Part shown: positions 20,301-27,872 of the stretch, piece by piece
Layout of the letters: every line of letters starts with the position of its first letter
Numbering within the stretch: position 1 is the stretch's first letter
NCBI GenBank assembly: GCA_964631985.1
Contig: CAZWAX010000001.1
Span: 943-64,942, forward strand
Reading direction: 5' to 3'
Origin: an uncultured Polyangiaceae bacterium
GTDB lineage: Bacteria; Desulfobacterota; Binatia; UTPRO1
DNA: 64,000 nt
Notes under the pieces: generated by a model
The model's input: only the letters and a program-made list of their open reading frames with translations
What the model was told of the DNA's origin: nothing
The model's database searches: none
Position numbers and translations under genes: made by a program

Positions 20301-21098
20301 AGCCACCTGGGCGGCCGTGGCCCCCGTCGGCAGGCACTTGCCCCCGAACATCTCGACCAACGGCTCTGCCGTGGCGCCACAGGTGTCACTCATGGCGTCG
20401 AGGAGCGCGTTCGTCTCCTTGGCGATCTTTCCCTTCGCATCGGCGGCGAGCGCCGTCTCGATCGCCGTCTGCAGCTCGGCGGCCGACGTGACCGCGGGGT
20501 CGATCTTCCCGGCAAGCGCGCTCTTCGCCGCTCCCTGGAGCTCTTTCCACAGCGTGTCATAGAGCTTGCCCGTGCCCTTGAGCGTTGCGGGCTGACAGGA
20601 GACACCCGCCTTGTCGAGGTAACCGAGCTTCGACGACACGAGGGGCTGAATGGCCGGTCCGAACAAGTCCCGCAGGATCGCCCGACTCTGCGACGCGGCC
20701 GCGCCGGCGATGTTGTCGGCGCCGGCCGTGCCGAACGTCGGAGGCTCGGCGGTGCACTTGCCGGTCTCGGTCTTCGTGACATCGGCGACCTTCTTGGCGA
20801 GCCCGCCCTTCGGGTCGTTGGTCAAGCACGCATCGACCGTGCGCTCCTGATCAGGATTGCCGAGGCTCTCCGTCTTGAGATTCTGCCGGGCCGTCACGCA
20901 CTTGGTATTGGCCTTGCCCTGCGTCTGCGCCACCTTCCCCGCGCTCTTGTAGAGCGCGTTCAGACACTTCTGTTGCGCACTGGTCTGCTGCGCGTGCGTG
21001 ACGCTCGCACTCGCGAGCATCAAGAAGAGGGCTGCTGCCGCAACCATCGAAAACGGCAGGCGTAGGCATCGGGAGTCGCGAGGGGAAGCAATAGACAT
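17328..21098 (-). CDS. Very large secreted multidomain protein: Cys-rich N-terminus, carboxypeptidase-regulatory-like beta-sandwich segments, PHP/CehA-like DHHVH metal-hydrolase-like motifs
   Basis: AGGAG RBS before the ATG at 21098. Long signal peptide ending ...LFLMLASASVTHA. Motifs SSDHHVHGIASADS and MTDHHVHTD. LEPGSYRIYVSRGGEY resembles the CarboxypepD_reg fold. Functional call is tentative. Confidence 0.6.
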   Translation of the reverse strand: MSIASPRDSRCLRLPFSMVAAAALFLMLASASVTHAQQTSAQQKCLNALYKSAGKVAQTQGKANTKCVTARQNLKTESLGNPDQERTVDACLTNDPKGGLAKKVADVTKTETGKCTAEPPTFGTAGADNIAGAAASQSRAILRDLFGPAIQPLVSSKLGYLDKAGVSCQPATLKGTGKLYDTLWKELQGAAKSALAGKIDPAVTSAAELQTAIETALAADAKGKIAKETNALLDAMSDTCGATAEPLVEMFGGKCLPTGATAAQVATCAVSSTRCHFCRALRGATGLTSDCDLFDDAVANDSCIGFATAHEITNSGELITGPLAHGQLGDTMIANELARFIIQKPAVREMYSVGGFGGNLIDAELVGHPGLDNFLEMQPSINIETVINATTLVVVNDGSDGGAAIVRTCGPDDILDFVNPSTVIEEVGLDFPPSADDNDQEVEGCTDYILEPDAAYLKLVTTVFNNEATTLGLFVGDFINAAGELEQWGSGEQGIGVRLLGQNMGVFSYFGYGEAQGVDYGLTTIPIAESNEGTGYFSVSGVSYVLHSESVLTALVSGNPKFFVPAGGSKSFVRYFGVGDGSGGNLITLENAVKGTLSGKVSGCVTVAGVPAPGARVSAGPVLMGALTLLRSTWVTGPDGCYEGTMPIGSNGFVAWREGTMYVGGAATPPVSLGSVSQVTPLVKNFDLPAPGHVDVTVVDENNDAVPARVSVVGFDASPEPTFSADTGWFRDQTDKHPFGIVRALYTDAAGEVDFDLEPGSYRIYVSRGGEYSLFEQALTVTGGVTTNVSAQIARVLDTAGFISSDHHVHGIASADSRVSQSDRVRQFAGEGVDNVVMTDHHVHTDLNPRIAAMGFSAFVTSTIGEEITTWDAGHYNAYPMTIDPSLVTGGSTDWGRPAPAGEDFKSLGNYIMTPAEVLTLATNSPTATVDTVVQINHIDSHFVPMEIDTSLVPPQSFVSPARKLDFRMDPASGNLFQHFEALELWNGHNRAHQSQFLDERIGIWFNLLNQGLIATAITDTDTHAFANLETAGGRTWSASSTDDPPSISPAEMAQSVRAGKAVGGQGIYVQTRLVDATNASNVADLTLAGDTLLTVINPVAGLVLEIEVQAPLWADFDQILVYANASTIPSPTSDAPELFSATPTLTRNAPADFTITTNNVHPLVTGGERREASVSIPFTNMTEDTWFVVVVKGTDGISRPMFPVHPANLATAGNTTLANLIDGNLGQSGVTALGHTNALYADVDGNPGFDAPLAP

Positions 21099-21347
21099 CG
21101 GGTAGCTCCTTGCTCTTGGGGTTGGGCAGCGTCCCTGGCTCAGGGAAGCGCTCGGCTTGCGCATTAGAGCCGACTCCCCCCGCCAGGTCAACGAAAAACT
21201 CCTGTTTCTGGACGGCGAGGCACGAAAGCGGCGCAAAAATGCGCCGACCCCGGCAGGTGTTACCCTCTCGCGGTCGCGCGGGCCTCAGCGGGCTTGGCGC
21301 TGCTCAGCCGGCGATCCCCGCCACTGGAGTCGACCTGACCTCCCGGG

Positions 21348-22109
21348 TCACGGACTCTCGAACAGGACATCGGCAAGTCCGCTATCATAGGCAATGTCGC
21401 TCAAGGTGATGCGGGTCAACGTCTTGGTCGGGACCGTCTGCATCGTGATCTGGGTCGCCGTCGGATGCGATTTGATCGTCTTGACGCCTTCGAGGGTGCG
21501 GATCTTCCACAAGACGCCGGCGCGATCGTAGTACTCGGTGCGCAGCGGGAGGTAGCTCTTGCGGTCCACACAGCTGACGATGCGGCCGTACCACCAGCCG
21601 CTCTGCGGCACGGACTCGAGCCGATGGCAATCGCGCCCCTCAGGGTCCTTGCCGTCCCCGAGCGACTGCTGCTGGAAGTCGAGCGCTTGCAGGCCGAGAT
21701 CCTCGTAGTTGAAATCAGTCCCGAGAAAGCTCTCGCCCCGCATGTCGGCGGTGATGTCACGCACGCGACGAACCCCCGGCAGGTACACCCGGGTATGAGT
21801 TTCCCCATTCGTCCCGCTGATGACCGTCACCTCGGTGCCGCGCAGGTCGAGGGGATGGTCGAACACCAAACGGGTACGCGGAGCGGGTCCGTTCCGACGG
21901 TAGTATTGCCCGGTCCAATGGACGCTCTCCCCCTTGGCGTTGACGATCTCGAAGTCGAAGTTGGCCCGCATGTCCTGGCCCGCAAAGGTGGCGTCGCGAA
22001 TGCGGTGCAACAGCTGCGTGACGTCGATCGCCGCCACCTCGGCAGGCAAGCCGGTGACGGCCAGTAGCGCAACGAACAGCGATCCGCACCACGTCGTGAG
22101 CCTTTTCAT
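21348..22109 (-). CDS. LolA-like outer-membrane lipoprotein carrier/sorting family protein (putative)
   Basis: GGAGG RBS. Signal peptide MKRLTTWCGSLFVALLAVTGLPAEVAA. Size and beta-rich sequence are consistent with the LolA-like fold. Its ATG overlaps the CBS gene stop (ATGA). Confidence 0.5.
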   Translation of the reverse strand: MKRLTTWCGSLFVALLAVTGLPAEVAAIDVTQLLHRIRDATFAGQDMRANFDFEIVNAKGESVHWTGQYYRRNGPAPRTRLVFDHPLDLRGTEVTVISGTNGETHTRVYLPGVRRVRDITADMRGESFLGTDFNYEDLGLQALDFQQQSLGDGKDPEGRDCHRLESVPQSGWWYGRIVSCVDRKSYLPLRTEYYDRAGVLWKIRTLEGVKTIKSHPTATQITMQTVPTKTLTRITLSDIAYDSGLADVLFESP

Positions 22110-22666
22110 CGTCGACCTCCATCGTTTAGCGCCACGCGTTGCCCGCATGGCAGTGAGCGTTCTCTCTCGGAGGGGAGACTCGACACCACATCCCGCTCGG
22201 CCCCGAGTCCGTCAGAACGGCCCAGCGCTGGATCCTCGGCGCCGTGGCGACAGGGCATCTGTCGTCCGAGCACCTTCCGGACTTGGTCGAGCTCTTCGCC
22301 GAGCAAGGCCACCACGTCGTCGAGCGCAATGATGCCGACGAGCTTGCCGGCGCGATCCACGACCGGCAGCCGACGCACGGCGCCGAAGGTCATGAGCGAA
22401 AGCGCGGACTCGATCGGGGCCTCTTCGGCGATGGTCCTCGGAGTCGGCGACATGACGACGCGCACCGGTGCTGCGGCATCGCAGCTTTCGGCAATCGCGC
22501 GTATGGCCAGATCGCGGTCGCTCACGACTCCGACCGGCCGGCCAGCCCGATCGACGGCGACGAGCATGCCGACCTCCCGATCCCGCATCCGGCAGGCAGC
22601 CTCGCGAATGGTCTCGTTCTCGTCGACCAGGTCGACGCTCCGACTACAGATGCGACCGACGGACAT
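22106..22666 (-). CDS. CBS-pair domain protein
   Basis: GGGAGGTG RBS. Two CBS motifs (...REVGMLVAVDRAGRPVGVVSDRDL... and ...RRLPVVDRAGKLVGIIALDDVV...). Confidence 0.75.
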   Translation of the reverse strand: MSVGRICSRSVDLVDENETIREAACRMRDREVGMLVAVDRAGRPVGVVSDRDLAIRAIAESCDAAAPVRVVMSPTPRTIAEEAPIESALSLMTFGAVRRLPVVDRAGKLVGIIALDDVVALLGEELDQVRKVLGRQMPCRHGAEDPALGRSDGLGAERDVVSSLPSERERSLPCGQRVALNDGGRR

Positions 22667-22781
22667 GGAACACCTCCCGACGCCGAAGGGGATCCGCCGC
22701 GGAATGCGGCCGGTGGGCGTGTCGCCCCTTGCCCATGCAAACCCTCTGCCAAATGCATGCGGGGGGGCACGGAGAGCGACC

Positions 22782-23411
22782 TTAGCTGCCGTCCAACAAC
22801 CGAATGAGCGTGGCGCGGAGCCGGCCCCATCTCCCAGCCGGACGAGCTGGCGCACGGGCTGCGATTGCATCGCTGGCATCCCGAGTGGCCTCGTGACCCG
22901 TTACATCGTCGAGCCAGATCCTGAAGTAGATGAAGACCATTGGCTCGGCCGGATCGCGATGGACACGAGCTGCCCAGGCGGTGCAACCCGGCTCCCACCA
23001 CATGGCATGAACGGTCTTGAGGAGGCTCCAGGCGCGTTCCCGTTCATCCTGGTATCCCTCGTCATCCAACTCGCGATAGCGGTCGTCATGCGGCGAACGC
23101 TCTGGGGGCAGGCCGCGACTCGTTGGGGTCTCCGGCAGCTCCTCGTAGCGGCCCATACCGATGACGCTCACCCACCGGTCGTCGGCCACGATCTCGTCCA
23201 CCTCGACGCAGACTCGCGGGTTGGCGCGCATCCACTTGAGCTTTTGTCCGGGGGTCGTGAAGCCGTAGAGACAGCCGAGCACTTCATCGTAGGCGAGGTA
23301 GATGGGAACCACGTAGGGCTGGTTGTCGTGCGCACACGCCAACCTGGCCGACCGCGCTGCAGCCAGCACCCGGTAGCACTCTTCCCTACTCATCTCTCGG
23401 ATCAGCATCAC
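22782..23411 (-). CDS. Pyridoxamine 5'-phosphate oxidase family (FMN-binding split barrel) protein
   Basis: MSREECYRVLAAARSARLACAHDNQPYVVPIYLAY...ANPRVCVEVDE matches the PNPOx-like family. Confidence 0.75.
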   Translation of the reverse strand: MMLIREMSREECYRVLAAARSARLACAHDNQPYVVPIYLAYDEVLGCLYGFTTPGQKLKWMRANPRVCVEVDEIVADDRWVSVIGMGRYEELPETPTSRGLPPERSPHDDRYRELDDEGYQDERERAWSLLKTVHAMWWEPGCTAWAARVHRDPAEPMVFIYFRIWLDDVTGHEATRDASDAIAARAPARPAGRWGRLRATLIRLLDGS

Positions 23412-23495
23412 TCACCGTCGGCACGCAACCCAAAAGCATTCCGCGGTTCCCGGACTTGGGAAGCAAGCATTCAGCGCCACCCTCCCAGCTCCGCG

Positions 23496-23957
23496 CTAGC
23501 GTCGGCGTCGCTGCGTGCCGGCCAGTGGCACGATCAGCACGGGCCGTTTCGCGAAACGCGCGACCCGTTCAGCCACGCTGCCGAGCAGAGCGCGGCGGAA
23601 GCCGCGGCGCCCGTGGCTGCCGATGATGACGAGATGCGCGCGGACGCGATCGGCGAGGTTGCAGATCTGGACCTCGGCCGGACCGCTGGTCAGCTCGATT
23701 CGCACGTCCACACGGTCGCCAAGCCGTCGCTTCATCGTGTCGGCGAGGGTTTGCAGCCGACGGTGCGCTTCGTCGCGGTAGCTGCCCTCGTAGCCGAGGA
23801 TCACCGCCCGAGGCAGCACGTAGGCCGGCGGCTCCATCACGTGCGTCAGGTAGACCGTCACTCGGCCCTCGCCGACCAATGCCTCCACGGCACCGATGGC
23901 CGCCTGACTGCCCGGCGAGAAATCGACGGCAACGACCATGCGACGATATGACTTCAC
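23496..23957 (-). CDS. Universal stress protein (UspA family)
   Basis: MKSYRRMVVAVDFSPGS...HLVIIGSHGRRGFRRALLGSVAERVARFAKRPVLIVP, including the canonical C-terminal ATP-binding G-x2-G-x9-G(S/T) region. Confidence 0.85.
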   Translation of the reverse strand: MKSYRRMVVAVDFSPGSQAAIGAVEALVGEGRVTVYLTHVMEPPAYVLPRAVILGYEGSYRDEAHRRLQTLADTMKRRLGDRVDVRIELTSGPAEVQICNLADRVRAHLVIIGSHGRRGFRRALLGSVAERVARFAKRPVLIVPLAGTQRRRR

Positions 23958-23993
23958 GAGCGCGCTCGCCGCATCAGGTTCTTGGCCACGCTC

Positions 23994-24410
23994 TCAGGTC
24001 CCTTGCGGCTCGACGTCGAGCCACAGCAGCTTCATGTCCTTGGGAAGGACGCTGAAAACGTCCCAGGCTTCGCCCGTCAGACCGCCTGGGCTACCGAGCA
24101 GCACTCGCAGCGTCCGGAACACCGCTCGCACGGCACGATCGGCTTCCGCATCGTCGGGCAAAACTCCTCGCTTCCGCACCCTTTCGATGAACTCATGGGC
24201 GTGTATCTTCTGCGGGGTCCGCTCCGGTATCTCGCCCTCCCGCCATACGCGTTGCAGCGGTAGCGGCAACTGAGCGGCGAGATCGCGGGATTCCTCGGCG
24301 GTCAACCGATCACGCAGCTCCTGGAACACGACCAAGGTCAACGCTTCGGCCCGCTCGCGATCGCATGCGAGATCCGCCGCAACGCTCTCATAGAAGCGAC
24401 CGGTTTCCAT
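23994..24410 (-). CDS. DUF2267 domain protein
   Basis: METGRFYESVAADLACDRERAEALTLVVFQELRDRLTAEESRDLAAQLP matches the DUF2267 pattern. Confidence 0.7.
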   Translation of the reverse strand: METGRFYESVAADLACDRERAEALTLVVFQELRDRLTAEESRDLAAQLPLPLQRVWREGEIPERTPQKIHAHEFIERVRKRGVLPDDAEADRAVRAVFRTLRVLLGSPGGLTGEAWDVFSVLPKDMKLLWLDVEPQGT

Positions 24411-24616
24411 ACCAGCGGAAAGCAGCGATCGTGCCAGGCGGCGAACCGCGTAGCGAGCATTTCCCGTCGCGGCGATTCGCGGCCCTGAGAATCTCGAGGG
24501 GTTGTCTTCTCATTCGCAACAACACGGCTCGTGGCTGAGCTTGTCCCGAACCAGCCCGCGTTCTGCAGGATTTCCTCGACCTCCGGATCGTCGATCTCTG
24601 CGCGACCCGGAGGGAG

Positions 24617-24662
24617 GATCGAATCGGTTGCGAAAGTGGACGCGCTCGCAACCAATTCGAAC
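24617..24662. repeat. 17-bp imperfect inverted repeat (GATCGAATCGGTTGCGA / TCGCAACCAATTCGAAC, 15 of 17) with a 12-nt loop, at the proximal edge of the A/T-richer island
   Basis: Seen directly. Lies in the non-coding stretch upstream of the DUF2267 gene. Confidence 0.5.
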
Positions 24663-24714
24663 CGCCGCGCAGATTCCGCTTCACTTTTCGCTGCTTGAGA
24701 CGGGGCAGCCGTTT

Positions 24715-24882
24715 CCGTACCAAACCATCGCCGAGCGAGCCCTCCAGCTTCATCGGTTGGGGATGTCCGATAGCTCCATTGCTCGCTCGCTTGGTGTCAA
24801 CGACAAGACGGTCGCCAAGTCGATTCGTTGGATCATAGCGGTGCATACCGGTGCGCATTCAGAGACGCCAGAAGGGGCCTGA
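24715..24882 (+). pseudogene. Isolated HTH fragment resembling a transposase/resolvase N-terminal HTH (remnant)
   Basis: ...YQTIAERALQLHRLGMSDSSIARSLGVNDKTVAKSIRW then stop. It has the HTH_23/IS630-like shape but no catalytic domain follows. Confidence 0.35.
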
Positions 24883-24903
24883 CTTGCGTTAGGCTCCTCC
24901 GCG

Positions 24904-25657
24904 CTAACCGTGTCGGTATGTTTCGATACGAAGCCGCACAGAAACGAAATAAACTCCGGAAGGCGGGTCCAAATCCCGTCGGGGACGCTCGTCGCGTACA
25001 CGGAGACCCTTTCGTGCCATCCCGCCGCGCTGTCGCCGTCTGCGGTCCTCAGCGGCACGCCGACGCGCGGCACTTTCTTTGGTTGCTTGTGCCTCCCGCG
25101 GAAGCTCCCGAAGCATGATCTCGACAAATTTCTGATGCTCGAGGAATGCTCCTGCCGCGAACAATTCCAAGGGATCCGAGGTTTCAAGTGCCGCAGTCGC
25201 AACTGCGGCGACCTGGGCCGGTCGCCATACCGGCCCAAAGTCACCAAATTCAAAGCTCGCTTCCTGTTCCTTCCAGTAGTTCTCCAAGAAGGTCAGGTCT
25301 ACAGGAGGCGGCTGCCCCGACTCGGGCGTTCTCCCTGAATGGCTCAGGGGTTCGCGCTACGGTCGCCGCGCAGCGCTTGCACGCGAGGGTATGCCGGCGG
25401 ATCCGCGTGAACGCTTTGAGCTCTCCTGTCGGAACCCCGCGTTGTGCCTTCTTTGGTTGCATCGGTCCAAGCACGCGCTCCTGGAGAACAAAGTCACCCC
25501 CGAAAAGCGGGAGAGTGTTGCTGAGGTACACGTTAAGGATTCGCCAGGCGTCTCGTCGCCGACCTTGCTTGACTAGCGCTGCTTCCGCGTCGGCGATCGT
25601 CTGTCTCAGGTAGTCGTCCAGGCGTTGACGAGAAGGCCGCGAAGTAAGTTCACGCAT
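24904..25657 (-). pseudogene. Two overlapping same-strand ORFs in different frames (135 aa and 127 aa), possibly one frameshifted gene of unknown function
   Basis: ORFs 25250..25657 and 24904..25287 overlap by 38 nt in different frames. No recognisable domains. Confidence 0.25.
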
Positions 25658-26149
25658 CGAGTCGCTCCGACCGCGGGGTGTGGGGCATCTGCGACGGGCG
25701 ACTTCCCACCTTCGGGGAAGTCCCGAACTGCCGGAGTTTCCTAGAGAGCGGCCACGATAGAGCTGGAGAGCCTAGGACAAACGTGATGGCACCGGCTACG
25801 AGTGCGACGGTAGAAGTCAGACGTTCCCGATCGGGTCTCGGTCCATGGGGGCTTGCCAAGATACAAGGGTTTTTCGGGCACGATCTGGGCGGCGTACGCC
25901 TGTTAGGCGCCCCGCCAAGACCTAAGTATTCATGAGCATCGCCAGGTGTCCGACCCGCGGCCATTGCGATTCCGAAAGTCAGCATTTGACAGCTTTCGGT
26001 AGTGCTCGGTCGCCGGGTCGGTCATCCTGCGGGAAGGAGGCTAGGCCTTGTTGACCGGGGGCGTCAGGCCAGGCGCCACTCGTCACGAGTCCCGGGAGGA
26101 TGGGTCCGGCCCTAAGCAGAGGTCATCGGGTTCCACCCGTATTGCCGGC

Positions 26150-26203
26150 GGCTTCATGGGGGCTTCTCAAGTTTCCGGCTTCATGGGGGCTTTCCGGGAA
26201 ATG
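26150..26203 (+). repeat. Imperfect tandem duplication of a roughly 27-nt unit (GGCTTCATGGGGGCTT... twice)
   Basis: GGCTTCATGGGGGCTT occurs at 26150-26165 and 26177-26192. Non-coding context. Confidence 0.55.
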
Positions 26204-26320
26204 AGGGATTTCGGGCGTAACGGCGGTAACCGTAGTCGCCAAGGCCGGCGGGTCAATCGCAGCCGCGATCCTCGGGGTAAACGCCCTGGACAAACCGCCC
26301 GATAGACCCGTCGGAACAGG

Positions 26321-27019
26321 CTAACGGCGGAAGGTCGGGGATTTCTGCATCGCTATCAGCTTCTTACGGCGCGGGTTGGCAGCTCCTTGTGGCCGAGCTC
26401 GAAATCGATAGGCAGTCGCTGCCAACCCCAGAACAGACGGGTACCGATCCCCTGCGCAGCCGCCCACCGCGCCCGGACCACCCCCCCGGGCCGATGTCGT
26501 TAGGTAGCCGGCAGCCCAACGTATGGTGTCCCGCGCGGCTCGGCTCGCGACGATCCGCACTCGACGCTCACGGTACGGCGAATCGAACGAGATTCGCGCG
26601 CCGGGTGCCTGCGCCGCCTCGCCGATGCGGGCGATGTGACCGACGAAGTCTGCGACCTTTGCCTCGCAGACGTCGTAGGGCTCATGGCCAATGCCCCATA
26701 AGACCTCCCGAGAAAATTCGGCGATCTCGTCAACCTCGCCACGCGCGCGGGTGCCTTCGTCAGTGAAGAAGTGGCTGATGCCGAGGCCTGTTCGGTCGAT
26801 GTGGACGCCCCACGCCCACCGTTCGCCAGCGATAACGCCCGCGCCGTTGTAGTGCTCGAGCGTCACCCAGTAGGAGGCCTCATCGACGTCGATCGGCACC
26901 GCCGGCACCGCGCGCAGCAAAGCTTGCGTGCGTACAACGTTCTCGCGCTGCTTCGCCGTCGCGTCGGGATGCCCGCGAATCCAGTCGCCGAGCGCGATCC
27001 CCGCGTGCAGTAGCGGCAT
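26321..27019 (-). CDS. Hypothetical protein
   Basis: ORF with internal ATG at 27019 (MPLLHAGIALGDWIRGHPDATAKQ...). No recognisable domain, weak RBS. The C-terminal third is low complexity. Confidence 0.4.
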   Translation of the reverse strand: MPLLHAGIALGDWIRGHPDATAKQRENVVRTQALLRAVPAVPIDVDEASYWVTLEHYNGAGVIAGERWAWGVHIDRTGLGISHFFTDEGTRARGEVDEIAEFSREVLWGIGHEPYDVCEAKVADFVGHIARIGEAAQAPGARISFDSPYRERRVRIVASRAARDTIRWAAGYLTTSARGGGPGAVGGCAGDRYPSVLGLAATAYRFRARPQGAANPRRKKLIAMQKSPTFRR

Positions 27020-27084
27020 GCACTCGGGTGGCACCTCGAGCGACCGCAGTGGGGAAAGGCGCGGTCGCTCCCGTGCGGCGCGCG

Positions 27085-27474
27085 CTACCACCCGAACCTC
27101 CGAAAGCGCTCGGCCCGCCACTGCTGCACCTTCAGATCGAGCCAGTCGCCAAGGTCGACCATCGCGCGTAGACCCCCGTAGACGCATACGAGCGGCACGA
27201 CGACGAGCGCCAGGAACAGGCCACCCAGCTCACCGGCATGCGCGTGGGTGTAGCGCCCCGCGCGTACGAGGAGGGCCGCTACGCCTTGACCGGGCACCGT
27301 CTCCGTCAGGAAGTGCCACGCGTGAAACGGAAAGGTCACGATGATGAGCACCCAGAGGGCTGCGCCGACACGCTGCAACCAAATGGGAGGTGGCGGCTCG
27401 ATCGCCGCGCCGCACCGCTGGCACCGAACGTCGGCGAGGTACGCCCGCGACTGGCAATGACGGCACCGTTTCAT
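27085..27474 (-). CDS. Small zinc-ribbon membrane protein
   Basis: MKRCRHCQSRAYLADVRCQRCGAAIEPP (CxxC...CxxC zinc ribbon) followed by two predicted TM helices. Confidence 0.5.
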   Translation of the reverse strand: MKRCRHCQSRAYLADVRCQRCGAAIEPPPPIWLQRVGAALWVLIIVTFPFHAWHFLTETVPGQGVAALLVRAGRYTHAHAGELGGLFLALVVVPLVCVYGGLRAMVDLGDWLDLKVQQWRAERFRRFGW

Positions 27475-27872
27475 GGCAGACCCGACGTTAGCGCGCGCAT
27501 GCCCCAGGGGCGAGCCCGATGTCACGCGTTGTCGCGCCACGCTGCTGCGCCGTCCCCCTTATCGCTAAGTTTGGAGGACCTCTCGCATGCCTGTTCCTGC
27601 TTGCCGAAGCAATTGGCGCCGCCGAGCGGCCCCATCATCAGGTGCTCGGCAGCCTCAAAAATTCACCGAGGGCTATGCCGGTCCCTGCCAAGAGGTCATG
27701 AGCACGGATGCCCCACTCTCTCGTCACGCAAGGCGACGCGCTGCGATCGTCACCGGCATGCTCCTAGTAGACCTCACTTTCGACCGAGCACCGTCGTTGC
27801 CGTGCAGGCGACGCTTCAATCGAAGGCCTAGTCGCGGTCTGGTAGGCGGCGTCGCTGGAATCCATTGCTGCC

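Noticed and set aside
17217-21065. 1282-aa plus-strand ORF
   Set aside because: Antisense to the 1256-aa secreted protein gene, which has an RBS, signal peptide and domain motifs. Arg/Gly/Asp-rich artefact.
24640-24665. GGTTCGAATTGG on the minus strand resembling a tRNA T-loop
   Set aside because: The flanking bases cannot form a T-stem. The sequence is one arm of the 17-bp inverted repeat.
26048-26305. 85-aa ORF with GFMGA/GFMGAF repeats
   Set aside because: The repeat in the protein is produced by the 27-nt tandem DNA duplication. No start context. Considered non-coding.
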